NCBI RefSeq assembly: GCF_009834535.1
Contig: NC_045696.1
Location: forward strand, 50,284,001 to 50,348,000
DNA: 64,000 bases
Direction of reading: 5' to 3'
Source: Camelus ferus
Taxonomy: Eukaryota
The first letter of the stretch is position 1, and each line of letters opens with the position of its first letter. The translations under genes were made by a program, and so were the position numbers. Under the pieces are notes generated by a model. That model was not told the DNA's origin, ran no database searches, and saw only the letters and a program-made list of their open reading frames with translations. Below are positions 1 to 13,009 of the stretch, one piece after another.

Positions 1-849
1 AAGTCAAGCTACTCAAAATACAAATGTTGTAAGTGAATACAATTTCAAGCAAAGAGTTACTGAATTTATGGAAGTTTTTAATGTTATGTATTCTTTCAAA
101 TATCAAGGCCTGAAAATAAAGTATTATAATTCTGAATGGTCCCTGAAGATATCACTGGGTTAATGCAAAGCATGAACATGGTAACTACCATATCTGGAAA
201 GCTTTTTTGGAAATGATAGGACAGCTTTATTTACTTCTTCCCTCCAATACAGGTCACAGTGTTTCCTTCAACCCTACTACAATTTTTGACTGCAAAGTAA
301 TCCCCTGTATGTTTCAAAAATGTGCAAAAGTTAAAATTAGAAAATATGTGATAATAGATCTATTACAGAAGGAAATCCACCAGTCATCATCAACATTGCT
401 GCTCAGCGAATAGCACTGCAGTAGAAACATCCACAACCTGCAGATACAGAGGTTACACAGCTTGAGTACCACAGAATATGACTTTTTTATTGATAAAAAG
501 GGGGCAGTTACAACTTAACTATTACTCTGGATAATTTGATTAGGATTGTTGAAAGAATATGAACAAGGAGCTTGATTCTCTCAAACAGATCAGAATGAGG
601 GGGAAGAATCTGTTTTCTTCTCCCGAATCATAACAGTTCTTCATGGACGTGGCCAAAGGCATGAAGAGCATATATGTGACGACCAAGTATTATCTGCAAA
701 ATAAATATTGATATGCCATATACACATAAACTATTTTAAATGTACATTTTTTGCTGTCATTAATGAAATATAAATTAATTTAAAAGAATTACTAGATTCA
801 TGCTGTTGGTTTTGTTCAGTATATCTCATTGAATAAAAACAGCAATTTG

Positions 850-1090
850 CAGAATAAAATGCATTTTATGACTCTAGTCTTGGTTAAAAGAAAATAAAGC
901 AAAAGAAAATACGTCCATACGGGAAAATGCATAGAAAAAAGTCCAGGACATACAGCTGATAACAATGGCTGCCTCTGGGGAGTGGGAAGAGGTGAGGTGG
1001 AAACTTTCACTGTTTACTCCATGTAAGTCTACATTATTTAAATCTTAACAAGGAGTATATTTTACTTTGTAGTTAATAATAATACAGGAA
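850..1090 (+). mobile_element. Old L1 (L1ME-like) 3' fragment
   Basis: A-rich, with aaaatgcatagaaaaaagtccagga...ataacaatggctgcctctggggagtggg typical of L1M 3' UTR. Confidence 0.5.
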
Positions 1091-1199
1091 ATCATTAAAA
1101 AACTGATTTGTAAATATCCTTAACAACTAATATTCTGATTCTGACTTTACAAATCAGATTTTATCTCAAACTTAGAATTGCTATTTTCAATTCTTAACA

Positions 1200-1335
1200 T
1201 ACATTCATTTTTGCTTTTGTTCATTCAACAAAATATTTGCTGAATATTGTCCTAAGCTGATTCTGTGCTGGGTGCTGGATTTAGAGATAAGTAACGTGGA
1301 CAGAGTTCAAGTTCCTAATTACAGTCGGAATTAGA
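1200..1335 (-). mobile_element. L2 3' end fragment
   Basis: ttcattcaacaaaatatttgctgaa...tgtgctgggtgctgga. Confidence 0.55.
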
Positions 1336-1405
1336 CATTAACATCTACCTAACAGGTAAAGACACAAAAACCATTGAACGGCTGAGATAAGAGGAAATTG
1401 GAGAT

Positions 1406-1967
1406 TGTAGTAGATTTCAGAAATGGTCCCGATTCTCCACCCTTGCCTGTGTTTACACTCTGCCCAGTAACTGCACCTCCCTGTTATGGCAGATGGGTTG
1501 AACTGTCCTGCCTTTTGATTCTGAGCCCATCTATACTGCTTTCCTTGGCCAGGGTTCGCCAATGTTTGAAAAAGTGACACAAACAGAAGCCAGAAATGGG
1601 CCGGTACATGTACGATTACTCTTGCCTCTGCCATGGCCGTGAGACTACGTCCATACCAGCCTTCTGAAGGATAAGTCAAGCCAAGTGACTCTGGTGTCCT
1701 CCCAGCCGGGGCTACCCCAGGTTAACCAACAGCCAGTTGACCCCTAACATATGTGCAGGCCCAGCCAAGATCAGCAGAAGTACCTAGCCCACAGACAGCT
1801 GACTGCAAACACGCGAGCAAGCCTAGCCAAGCCAAGCCTAGCCAAGCCAAGCCCGGATCGGCTGAACTTTTCAGACTTGTGACTAAGTGAATGTTTAATG
1901 TCATATGCCACTGAGGTGTGTGGGTCTTTATTACATAGCCTTCTAGTGGCAATAGATAACTGACACA
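1406..1967 (+). mobile_element. MLT1-type (ERVL-MaLR) solo LTR
   Basis: Starts tgtagtag, ends ccactgag...tagtggcaatagataactgacaca, the typical MLT1 3' end. Confidence 0.7.
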
Positions 1968-2016
1968 GACACCATCTGTCCCAACCCAGTCACATAATTG
2001 AGGATGAAACTAAGAC

Positions 2017-2390
2017 TGCAGTGGGCACTCTGGTGTGTTGCCCAGATCCCACTTTCACAACTAAGGCTGCTATGAATGTCAGCAGCTGAATTCCTCTCTG
2101 AAAATTATTCTTAGAAAAGAGCTGCCTCTCCCCTAACTCACCCTCACAAGGACACAGCCCAGATTCAGTGGTTGCTGCGGTGAGGGAAGGTGTAGGTATA
2201 AAAGGGATCCCCCTTGCCTCAAAGAGAGCAACTCTGAAGAGTCAGTGGCATTACAATTCAAATTCTCCCTCTGCCGTCCTGTGTCCATCACCCCTCATAG
2301 GCATTATTCCCCAGAATACGCTTCACTAACCTCTCGCATGCAAATCTCAGGGTCTCAGAGTCTGTTTCCCAGAGAACCAACTTATCGCGG
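2017..2390 (+). mobile_element. LTR16-like (ERVL) solo LTR
   Basis: tgcagtggg...gcccagatccc start and gcatgcaaatctc...tctcagagtctgtttcccagagaacc end. Confidence 0.6.
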
Positions 2391-3369
2391 CGCCACGAAG
2401 GGAGCAACTCACTCAAGTTCACGTTGCTAGTTAATAAAAGAGTGAGGGTTGGACTCAGATACTGTGACCTCACTCTCATCCAGTGCTCTCTCTACTTTCA
2501 CAAAACACATCACACTCAAAGGCAGAGAGGACCCAGGACTATGAGTTAAGCCAAACTTCGTTCTACTAAGATATGGCAGGGGAAGGTGGGGGGACGGTTC
2601 ACATGCTATTTTCCTTTGGCATTCTGGTCTCTCCAGTGTCATTCACCGTGCTGCACCACCATACCTTAATAAGCTCTGTCCTGGAGTAATGTAAAACATA
2701 AATAGAACATATTTATAAGGTATTAAAAATACAACTATCCTATCCAAGAAGTCAGTACCAGCCAAAAATCTCATGGTTGTGCTTTGGATAAATCTGGAGG
2801 CGAAGACTCCAGCGGAGGCCGGACTTCTTTTATCTCAAGAATACTCCCAAGATTGCTGAGCGGTCCTTAGTACGTTATTTTAGTTCGGATAATATTAGCC
2901 ACCTCCAGCGACTTCCTTTTGATTATAAACAGGTAAATTTAAGTGATTTTGTCTTTGATCCACTTGCTCCTATTTTACCCTGTGAATGGGTCATTCACCT
3001 GCCTAGCGCCCCGTTGTGGGAGGAGTGACTGGATCACAGGGCTGGGTGGGACCGGCCTGGCCATTCCCGATCACAATGCTGCTGCTCTCTTCCAGCCTTA
3101 GAAGGAGCTATTTGTCTTATCTATGAAGAATGTGCCCTGCCAGTTGCTTCTCTGTCCTACAGACTGACTCTACTAAAACTTAAAAGTTATTTAAAATTTA
3201 TTTGAAAAATATTATTTAGAAATCTTCAGTGACTTCATGTGTTTTACCATATAAAGTTTGAATTCTTTGCCCTAGTATTTGAAATCCTCTAAAATTTGGT
3301 GCCAATCTGCATTTCTAGCCCTCTCTTCTTTTCTATCCTATACCCAATCTTCTGCTCTAGACCAAATCG

Positions 3370-3485
3370 AGCTGCAAATCAGAATCACTTGAGCAATATT
3401 TTAAAAACAGATTCCTGGACCCCAACCTCAAACTAGGTCAGTACCTTGGAGTAGGGAGGGGACCTGGGAATCTGAATTTTCATTC
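3370..3485. mobile_element. MER5A-like hAT MITE fragment
   Basis: ctgcaaatcagaatcacttgag...aaaaacagattcctggacccc...gggacctgggaatctgaatttt. Confidence 0.6.
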
Positions 3486-3539
3486 TAATTTATTAAGAAT
3501 ACCCATAAATTGAGATTAAAACACTAAAAACAAAGCATA

Positions 3540-4285
3540 AGCGTTCCTGAAACATAGGAAAAGATGTTCAATCATAAAAAAAAAAGAAATGCAACTCAAC
3601 ACTGCACCACACTGAGATACCATTTTTAACACCACATTGGCTAAAAACATTCACAGGTTTGATCACACACTCTACTGAAGAGGTTTGGGGAGATAGATAT
3701 TCTTACACATTTCTGTTGCAATTACAATATATTCCAACTTGCATGGACAGAAATCTGATGATATCTACCAAAACTAGATATGTTTTCCATTTAGCCCAAC
3801 AATCCTCCTTCTCAAAATCTATTGTAAAGATGTACCCACATGCACAGAGTGACATATATACAAGGTCAGTTGTGACATTGTTTATAATAACAATATACTG
3901 AAAGCAATCCAAGTGTCCACCAACAAGGGAAGTGGTTAAATAAATTATGGTCGAATCTCACAATGGTTTAATAAAGAATGAGAAAGATCTCTATACACTC
4001 ATAAGAAAAGATCTCCAGGAAATATATTTAAATGAAAAAGCAAAATGCAAAACAGTATATGTAACATACTATAGTTTGTATTTAAAAAGGAGACCACAGG
4101 TATTTACATTTATTTGTGTTTGCAGAAGCATTCAGTGGATAAACAAGGAATTATAAATACTCCTATGGGGGCAGAGACTAATAACATAAAGGTCAGGAAT
4201 GGGTGTAAGACTTGTCTGTGTATGCCTTTCATGGAACTTAGACTTTAGAAACCAAAAACTATTTTTTTAATTAAATAAAAATGAA
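3540..4285 (+). mobile_element. Old L1 (L1ME-like) ORF2 end/3' UTR fragment
   Basis: aaaagatgttcaatc...gaaatgcaa...gagataccattt; ttgtttataata...ctgaaagcaatccaagtgtcca...gtggttaaataaattatgg. Confidence 0.7.
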
Positions 4286-6319
4286 AAGTAAAGTCATCAC
4301 TATAAAAAAAAAAAGTCTATTCAGTTTCAAGTCCCCTCCTTTAAATCCACCCCTTTTTCAAAATTCTCTGACACATACGATACCTTCTGTAATGCCTGTG
4401 ATTGGAAGAGCTCATCTCCCCACCACATTCTTCAAGCACTTGTTTTGTACATTTGACTGATCAGGTGCTTTTCGCCCCTTGATTGTCAGGGGTTAATCTT
4501 GACACTGATACACTTGATGTTGGAGGCAGTGGAATGGGATGACTGGACAGGCTAGGGGATGGCCTCTTTAGCCTCTAGGGCACAGAGTGACTGACAATCA
4601 AAGACTGAATAAACAGAGAGAGACACTGCGGGCAGTGTCTGGAAATCTGATCACTCACCCAACCTTGTCTCCCAGCTCAGGGTGGCAGGGTCTAGAGAAG
4701 GCAGCTGCCAGGCCTTGTCACCACTGAAGAAAGGAGGAATTGGGGCAAAGGGTCAATTTTTCAGGTGCTCCTGAGGGAAAGCAGCATTTTTTGCATTGTT
4801 ATGGATCCTGACAGTTGTGAAGTTGTCCATAAAGAACAATTCTCTTCAACAGGATCAAAGACAGAGTATTTTAGGCTAAAATGTATTCTATCATTTTCTC
4901 ACTCATAGGTTATTTTAGAGATTCACCTATAAATTCCCTACTTATATGAAGAAGGAAGCAACACTTTTCCTGTTGCCACATTCCACTTCCATCAACTTTT
5001 CCACCTCCCTTTTTTTCGATTCCCCTCCAATTCTTCTTCCTTCAAAAGAAGCTATCAAAGAACTGCCTTTGCCCCATAAAAATATCCTGTGTTCTAGCCC
5101 TTAAAATTTGGTGATCAATACCAGTGTTAAAATACTTTTCATCTCTTAATTTTGCTAAACATATAAATGTAAACATGTATATTCATATGCCTGCTGTGTT
5201 TCCCTCCCACTTCTCTTTTCACTCTGCAATAAAGTGTCTTTAGCCAGCAACTTCCTGTAATCTGACACTGTCTATAATCCATCCTCTTAACATAGACACC
5301 AATAGTCCTATCTTACAGTAATATAAATATATTTATTGAAGTACAGTCAGTTTACAATGTGTCAGTTTCTGGTGTACAGATAATATTTTAAATATCTCTA
5401 ACAACTAAGAATGGCTTTAAATGTTAGGTCATTCTAAAGCCGCATGTGTAATATACTCTGGGCTGGTAAAACCAGATGGGCTTATTCTGCACTAGAATTT
5501 GCTCAAGCATGAATAACTTCCCTTAGGCTAATGACTAAAATCTTAAAGTAAGTTTCCCAGTGTTTGTACATCCATCATCTATAGTTCAAATACATTTAGC
5601 AAGACGGACACGCTGGTGAGTACAGCCCACACTGTAGCTGGATGTGGGCCTCTGCTTTTAAGGCCCAGTAAAAGTCTGGAAGAGTAGAGAGTGCTTGATT
5701 TATTTTTAAGAAAAGTTAAGGCCATCTGATAGATTTCCAGCTGAAAATCGGTCAAGGCTGGAGATTGGTTCACTGAGACCACGTCTCATGCCAATTCCTA
5801 TTTTCTCATGGCCAACTCCCAGACTTGGCTGGAAGTGCCACGGCCTTTCCCATAAGGGTAACCTGGGACATGACACAAGGAGAGAAAGGCCTTCCAGGAA
5901 TTAGATGAGGAGCAAAATAAAAGGCTCCCCAAATCATGTCCAAGCTGCCACTCAGTGAGTGGCAAACACCCAAATCACAATACCCGATTCCAATAAGGCA
6001 GAAAAGAAAACCCCAGTCCTCTACAGCTCAGATTCAATCCAGATGTCTAAAAAACACAGCAGGATTAAAGTTAAAATTTTGCCAAGGCAGTACCAGATGC
6101 CTGTAACAGGACCATATAGAGGTTGAGGTAGAAGATACAATGATTTTTCCACACTTCTCTGAAGTCAGGCATGAGAATGCTTGGTGTGAGTTGGTGGGTA
6201 ACACCTGGAGGAGGAAGGCTTTCACCACCGGCCGGCACCGGTTTCTGCACTGGACTGAGCATCTGCTTCCTCTCTGGACATCTGGATCACAACCAAGCTC
6301 ACTGGCTCTTGCTATTATT

Positions 6320-6760
6320 TGAAAATCCAGGAAGCCAAGGGTTGAATCCCAGTTAACCACTGACTCTGTGGCTTTGTGGTATTAGTCTCTTGGGCTTCAG
6401 TTTTGTCACCAAGAATAGTAAAGCAGCCTGACCTTCAAGAGCAGTTGTGAGGGTTCACTGTTAACATGGGGTAATCAGCAGAAAGAGATTACAAGTATTT
6501 TTCAGTTACAGGTGTTCTAGTCCCTGTGACAGCTCATTGATCTCCAGGTGGCTGCCAGATCAAATCATGGTGATGATGACCACAATAATAGCATTTATTA
6601 CGTGACAAGTATTTACATACATTATCTTATTAAATCCTCATCATCGCCTGTGAAATAGACATAAATACATTCTAAGCTGACACTTAGGAAGTAACTTGCC
6701 CAAGATCACACAACAAACACCTTGGGCCTGTGAATCTGAACCCATTTCTTTGACTCCAGA
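6320..6760. mobile_element. Two MIR fragments in opposite orientation
   Basis: gggttgaatcccag...gggcttcagttttgtcacc...gttgtgaggg and gtaacttgcccaagatcacaca. Confidence 0.55.
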
Positions 6761-7019
6761 ATATCTTTTGTGTCTGTCTTCCATTTGTATGATTACTATT
6801 GTTGCTGGTAATAATGCTCTCTCTCTCTTTTTTTAATCCCTTCCAAACATACACACAGCATAGGGATAAATGTCCACAAACCAATCACTGATCCACAATG
6901 ACTTACATTGGAAAGGATGCTATTTATTTACCTCTGGAGCTATCTCAGGGTAAGGTGAGCTAGTAACAACAGAGAATGCATAACTGAAACTTCACACCCA
7001 AATAAATTTGACAGGCCTG

Positions 7020-7120
7020 CTGTCCAACATTGTACCTACAGTAAACAATACTGTATCGTGAACCTGAAAATTAGTTAAGAGGGTAGATCTCATGCTAAGT
7101 GTTTTTACCACAATGAAAAA
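7020..7120 (+). mobile_element. L1MA-like extreme 3' end
   Basis: acagtaaacaatactgtatcgtg...ttaagagggtagatctcatgctaagtgtttttaccacaat. Confidence 0.65.
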
Positions 7121-8205
7121 TGTGATTTAGAAACTAGACTATATTAAAATCAAATTGACATTACATAATTATGACTGACATATTCAATTATACCAAGATC
7201 ACATAACAGAAAAATCTGTGATATATATCTAAAAATCTGTGAAAAAATGCTATATGTATTGAATTTAAATGTTAACTAATGGGGAAAGTATGTTTTATAT
7301 TCTTGCAGATGTTTTCAGATGAAATATATTTTATGAAAAATATGCAGAATATGCAAACAGTACAATAAGAAGGATTTTCATTATAGTTGAAACAGCAATT
7401 TTAAAAAGCAGAGAATCCATGTAAGAAAAAAAAATTTTTAAAGAAAATTAAACTCTAGAGATGTAATAGTTATAAAAGAAACTGGGTGGGTCAGATCTGG
7501 GGCTGCTGACTATGAGGCCTAACTGCTCACAGTAAGTCCTGCAATGTTCCCATGGGAACTGCAGTGAGTCAGACCCCAGCCGCCCAGCGCTGAGCTGTGT
7601 GCCTCACATGCATCATTAATATGAAAAATTGTGAAAACTCTACACTCAGCCAAATTCTTCTGCTCTCCAAAGGACGTGGGTGCAGTTCAGTCCACATTTC
7701 CAGTGACTTTTCATTTAGCTTCACAGCTTCTCTCAGCCCTGGTTAATTCTCTCCCCAGCCTTGCCAGAGTCAAGGACTCCCAGGGGTCTGCAAGGTTCCT
7801 GTCTGCGAGGGAGTTGCCTGCAGCGTGAAGGCTGCGGAAGGATCAGACGGTGCTGATCCCAGGCAAGGAGACTCGGGGTTCAGAAGAAATTGCTGGAATA
7901 CCTCTCCGGTTCTCCAAACTGCCCCTCCCACCCCGTATTACCTCTCCCGTTTTCCTCCACCTTACTGACTTTCAAACTACAGAGTGCTTGCATGTTTTTC
8001 ATTTTAAAGTGCCAGAAACTTAAACCAGACCCATCTGGAATGATTATATAAGTAGTTAGGCGGACTGACATTTGTTACCACAGGAAAAGCACCCTCCTCC
8101 CCATATCTGGATTTTCCTCTTGATTCCCCACCGACCCCACCCATAAGGTGTGCCCCACCTTAGCGATGAGAAAAACAATAATATAATTTAAATGTTTTAG
8201 AGAAC

Positions 8206-8362
8206 CTAGCTGGAAGTGGTCGATTTTCATGGTACTATTGCTGACGGGGCCGAAGATGGTGATCACGGAGACCTTCCTGGTGGCCATCTTGCAGAAGTTT
8301 TCCAGATATTCATCCCGCTGCTGAACGTACATGTTGTTCTCAGCCTTAGGAGCGGTGATCAG
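8206..8362 (-). CDS. CCDC80: CCDC80 exon 3 (157 nt), second thioredoxin-like repeat
   Basis: Acceptor cacctgcAG|CTGATC. Translation LITAPKAENNMYVQQRDEYLENFCKMATRKVSVITIFGPVSNSTMKIDHFQL continues exon 2 in frame. Ends CTA G|gt (phase 1), as needed for the following Asp codon of CCDC80. Confidence 0.95.
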
Positions 8363-10315
8363 CTGCAGGTGGGCGAAAGCAAGCAGATGTTAACTCACAG
8401 CGAGTATTTCACACTGAGGCAAAATCCAATGGGGGGAGGGCTGGTAGTGGCTGACACCTACACTATAAAGAAACTAGACTGTTTGGTTGGATAGTTAGCA
8501 ATAATTAGGGCCAAACAAGATCATTTGGAAAGGCTTTTTTTTTTTTTTTTTTTTTTTTTAATGGTTCCAGGCAGCTTCGAGTTTTCTACTCCCTTCCACT
8601 ATTATTTACCTTCCTTACCAGGCTCTATGTGTCTTGGTGTTCTCATTTGTGAACTGTACACAGGAACACTTTATTTGCAAGGCTGTTGTGAGCTTTACAT
8701 GAATACTTGGCAAGTAATAAATGTTCAATAAATGCTCTCTCCCTTCCTTTATTTTGTCTTCATTATCTTAATTGGCTGCTCAGACATTTGTGAATTCAGT
8801 GGTTGCTACTATTATTTCATGTCTCACAGAGTTGAGTTTCATAGCCAGGACTTGGGCACTATGAAACATTCAACGGCTGAGAATTTTATTAGGCAGCCTT
8901 GCAGAGAATTTTTAGGATGGCCTTTCAGCTTAGTTTTGTCACACAGAATATATTCATTGTCACACTGGGCCTGTACAGAGCTCATGGTGGACATCTTTGA
9001 AGTTGGAGTCCTCCAACAGGACAGATTTTACTCTTTTAGTCCAGCCTTCTCTTCAATTCAAATCTGGTATTTCTCACCCACCCTCTCATTTCTTTCATGC
9101 CCACTTTGAACCCTGACTTCTGGGGAAAAAGAAGACAAAGCAATTGAAAGAGATTCTTTGGTCACCAACTATCTGGGAAAACATGTATTTCATTATTTTG
9201 GATAAAATGAGGATACTCTCACTTTTTAGGGCTCCCCTCGAGTCCTCTCCCTAAGAATGTCTCCATTTTTTAAAATTGAAGTATAGTCAGTTTTAATCTC
9301 GCCTGATAGAAAAGCCTTTCTACTCTTGAGATTATTTTTGTTGCCTTTTCTTAGCCTTCTCCAATTTTACCAGATTCTGCCTGAGCAGAAACCAAAGCTG
9401 CGTACCACACTGCACGAGTGTGTGGGTGTGGTGCTGTTCAGCTTGGAGGTGGAAGGACATAAAATTTTATTCTGAAATGGCCATGTCTTTGTTGATCTCT
9501 TTGACCCCAAACAGCTCACTAGGCTGATGTCTGCAGTAAACACTGTCCAGCTACCCTTTGCAGGCTCATCACTGAGCTCAGAGGCCAGTCTCTCTATGCT
9601 TTCTTGCATTCAACTACGTTCAAATTTATCAGCCACTTTTCTACTGACCCATCTAACCTTATAAAATATTTCTGAAGTTTGTGGCTATTAGCTTGGCATT
9701 TTTCAGAGGGGAAGTCACCATGTTGTTAACCTCTTTATCAAATACTTCATCATAGTGGTAATAAATCTGGTCTCAGCTCATCCTGCTGTTTATTTTTCTC
9801 TGTCAGAGATGTGTTTATTGCTGCCTGCAGGCCTTCCCTTTTAAGAATTCTCTGTGCTTGACAAAATATGATCCTTCATGGAAATGAAAATGATTCAATA
9901 AGCTTTTAAGTGGAACATTAACAAAGGTTTTTCTGGGATGAAGTTTTTTTTTTCTCAGATTGTTATTTATTTTAAGTAAACATGATTTCATCTACTTTTG
10001 ATTTTGCATTTATGTGCCTTTTCAGGTGGACAGGATGCATAGGAAATGCTTGTTTTAGAAATATAATTTTCCAAGAGGAAAAACAATAAAATTTCCAATT
10101 TATTCATTGATTCATACTTAGCCTTAAAAAAGATGCCAATTCCTATTTGAGGTGGCTATAAAAAGATATGGTGATGGTATTTTTGCCTTGTTAGCTTTTA
10201 ATTAGCTATGTGACATTTGAAAATATTTCTTGAGGTTTTGATGGTAGCCCATTTCTGAGAGTTTTATTTTCAGTTGGTATGTTTTAGGTTTTTCTTTCTG
10301 GCTTTTCTTTGCTTC

Positions 10316-10430
10316 ACTATATTTTAAAAACAATCTTTTTTTCCTTTAACAGAGGCACTGGGGATTGAACCCAGGACCTTGTGCATGCCAAGCAAGCACT
10401 CTACCACTGGGCTGGCTACACCCACCACCC
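10316..10430 (-). mobile_element. tRNA-derived SINE (camelid Vic-1-like), short form
   Basis: Reverse complement of cagtggtagagtgcttgcttggcatgcacaaggtcctgggttcaatccccagtgcctc (A and B boxes). Confidence 0.85.
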
Positions 10431-11251
10431 ACAGATACACTATTTTGAAATAAATAAAATGGATGCTTAAGCAAGAACACAAAATAGTCAAAAACAAAGG
10501 TAAGATTTACTGGAAATGATTTTGGAATCCCTGTTCTAAATGAAGAGTAAGCCCATATTTAGAATATATACTAGATGACTGATAATTCCCTGCCTCTGGA
10601 ACTTCAAATCCATATATAGACGCCATCTTTCATGGACCTCATGGACAGATCATGACATGACAAGATTTTAAGAGTCCTCAAAGCCCCCTATGGTCTTTTT
10701 CTCCCCCTTGTGTATAACTGGGAATTTCAGAGAATATATAATCATACTGAACCTCATCCTCCCTAGCCGAACAGCTTCTCCCATGTACCTGAACCCAGTA
10801 GCCTTAGGCTGTGGATAGCAGTGGGAATGGCACTTAAATAAATAAAGAGCTCTGATGTTTACTTTCACCGCAGGCCCTTTGCCCCTGGAAGCCTTGACCC
10901 ACCTGGGAGGTGACATTCATTTAGCATGACTCATTTCCTAGTTTCCGGCCCTCCACAACCTGACCTCAGACTCTCCTGCTAACCTTTCCTCCTCCTCCTC
11001 CCTTGTGTGACCTCTTCACCCTCCCTGTAACCAGAGGGTCTGAATTATGAAATGAGACGGATCTGGGCAGAGGGGCATAGAGAAAGCGTGACTGCAGTCA
11101 AAATTGGAGGGCCTGCATTTTAGCCCTAGCTCACTCCCTGGCTACTTTGTAGCCTCAACAAGGCCACTTGCCCTTCTGAACCTTAGCTTTTTCATCTTTA
11201 CAATGGAACAGCTTCCCTACCAGCTCATAAAGTAGAATCAAGCAAAAAATA

Positions 11252-11253
<2 letters not shown>

Positions 11254-11286
<33 letters not shown>
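11254..11286. repeat. (TG)n microsatellite
   Basis: About 16 TG units. Confidence 0.95.
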
Positions 11287-11288
<2 letters not shown>

Positions 11289-12294
11289 AGGCTGTGTGTA
11301 CCAGAGCACCATGGATATATGTTGCCTCTGAATAATTAATTTACTCACATTCCTTCCTCTGCCTTGACTCACATCACCCTTTTAACCCAGAAGGCCCTCC
11401 CCTCGCCTCTACCTTATCAGAATCTGAGTCATTCTTCAAACGCAGCATCCCCCCTGAAGCCTGTTCTAGCCCACAGTGATCCCTTTCTCCTTTTAATTTT
11501 CATTCTTGTCTGCACGGCTCACCTGGAATTTACGCGTTTCCTTGCTGTACCATTTTGTTTTATGTTATGTCATGTCTCCTCACTAGAGTCTAGATTCCTC
11601 AAGGCACTGAAGCCCCAGCCCCATCACTGCTGTGCAGAAAGCAGGGGCACAGCGCTGGCCTATTATGGTCCTCAGGTTACAAAGACAGAGGAGGGGTCCC
11701 CTGGGTGCAGCCCACACACTGTTGGTAAAGACACTCTCCCTTACATTTACTCTGCTCCTCGAGTTTGCATCAGGGAAAGCAGAGGAGGCTGATCAGCTGA
11801 ACATATCTCGGGGATCCTTTCCCTGTGTATTGACATCTACGCGCCACTCACTTTCTAGTGTGCCAGTGTCTCAAACAGTGTTTAAAACGGTAACCATTTC
11901 CAGTCCCTTCTTCCTGAAAAGAGCATTCTAGAACTTCCAGTAAACATTATTGTCTGGCACTTGGTCTCTTTCCAGTTTGGTGGCGACAAATCAGTGCATG
12001 TATCATGGATTTATAATTGTGTTGTTCTTTTTTATGTTCCTGTTCCAACACTCCTGTGGTGTGTTGGCACAAGGAGCCTCGGAGTATAATGAAGCCAGTT
12101 TGCATAAGTAAAGGGCACAAACAGGAACGGGAAGATGCCAGGGAGAAGATATTTTAAGTCTCAGCTCATCCTAAATATTGTGTTGGGCTCAAAACACTAG
12201 ATTTTTACAGGATTCAGAAAAATTGCACTCCAGCTGGTAGTCTGCCTTAGTAAACTGGAGCTTTATATCCTTTTCTAAAATTAAACCAAATAAG

Positions 12295-12442
12295 GGGGAG
12301 GGTATAGCTCAGTGGTAGAGTGCGTGCTTAGCATGCAAGAGGTCCGGGGTTCCATGCCCAGTACCTCCATTTAAACAAATAAATAAATAACCCCAATTAC
12401 TTCCCTGCCACCCTCCCCCAAAATTAAAAAGAAATAATACTG
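12295..12442 (+). mobile_element. tRNA-derived SINE, long form, with 19-bp TSD
   Basis: ggggagggtatagctcagtggtagag...(AAAT)n tail; direct repeat taaaattaaaccaaataag at 12276-12294 and 12443-12461. Confidence 0.92.
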
Positions 12443-13009
12443 TAAAATTAAACCAAATAAGTAGATTGTTGTCCCAATATCCAAATCTCTGAGGTAAGGT
12501 TAAAAGTATTAACGCACTTGAATTACTGGAGAGTTTGAATTACTCCAAAGAATACTTATACTTGAACTTGAATCTGTGTAATTCAGCATTCTGAGGCTTC
12601 TTGTTCGTTGACAAGTAGGTAGATCTCAGGGCACCATGTGATGGCTTTTCAGCCATTCTCCACATAGTCCAAGGTTTCAGTGATAACAGCTTATCTATAT
12701 TCTCACAGTTGTCCAGCCCAAACAGACACCAACCAGTCCGAGGGACTAGGTCCACTGCGATTCAATCTGCTGCTCTCCACTCACTGCTGGGAAAGCTGGT
12801 GCAGAGAACTAGCTGCGTATTAAAGGTAGAAACGCTGCATTGGTGCTGCTCAGCACAAAATGTGGGCAGTTGGTATAGCTTATCATTTATCTGAGGTTGA
12901 AAATGAGTTTTAAGGTGTCTGTATTGATTAACAGGGTAATTTCTCAGTTTCCCCTCCACTTTGTGGCGTACGCCCACAGGAAGCTCACACCCATGGACAG
13001 GCAGATTGG

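Noticed and set aside
1815..1855. (CCAAG/CCTAG)n pentamer run as a possible spacer-type array
   Set aside because: Simple tandem expansion inside an MLT1 LTR with no spacers.
1..8074. Search for CCDC80 exon 4 (DNEKPMRVV...)
   Set aside because: No matching sequence seen; it presumably lies left of the window.
12295..12370. tRNA-like sequences with A/B boxes (nine copies)
   Set aside because: Diverged, followed by A-rich tails and flanked by TSDs, so SINEs rather than tRNA genes.
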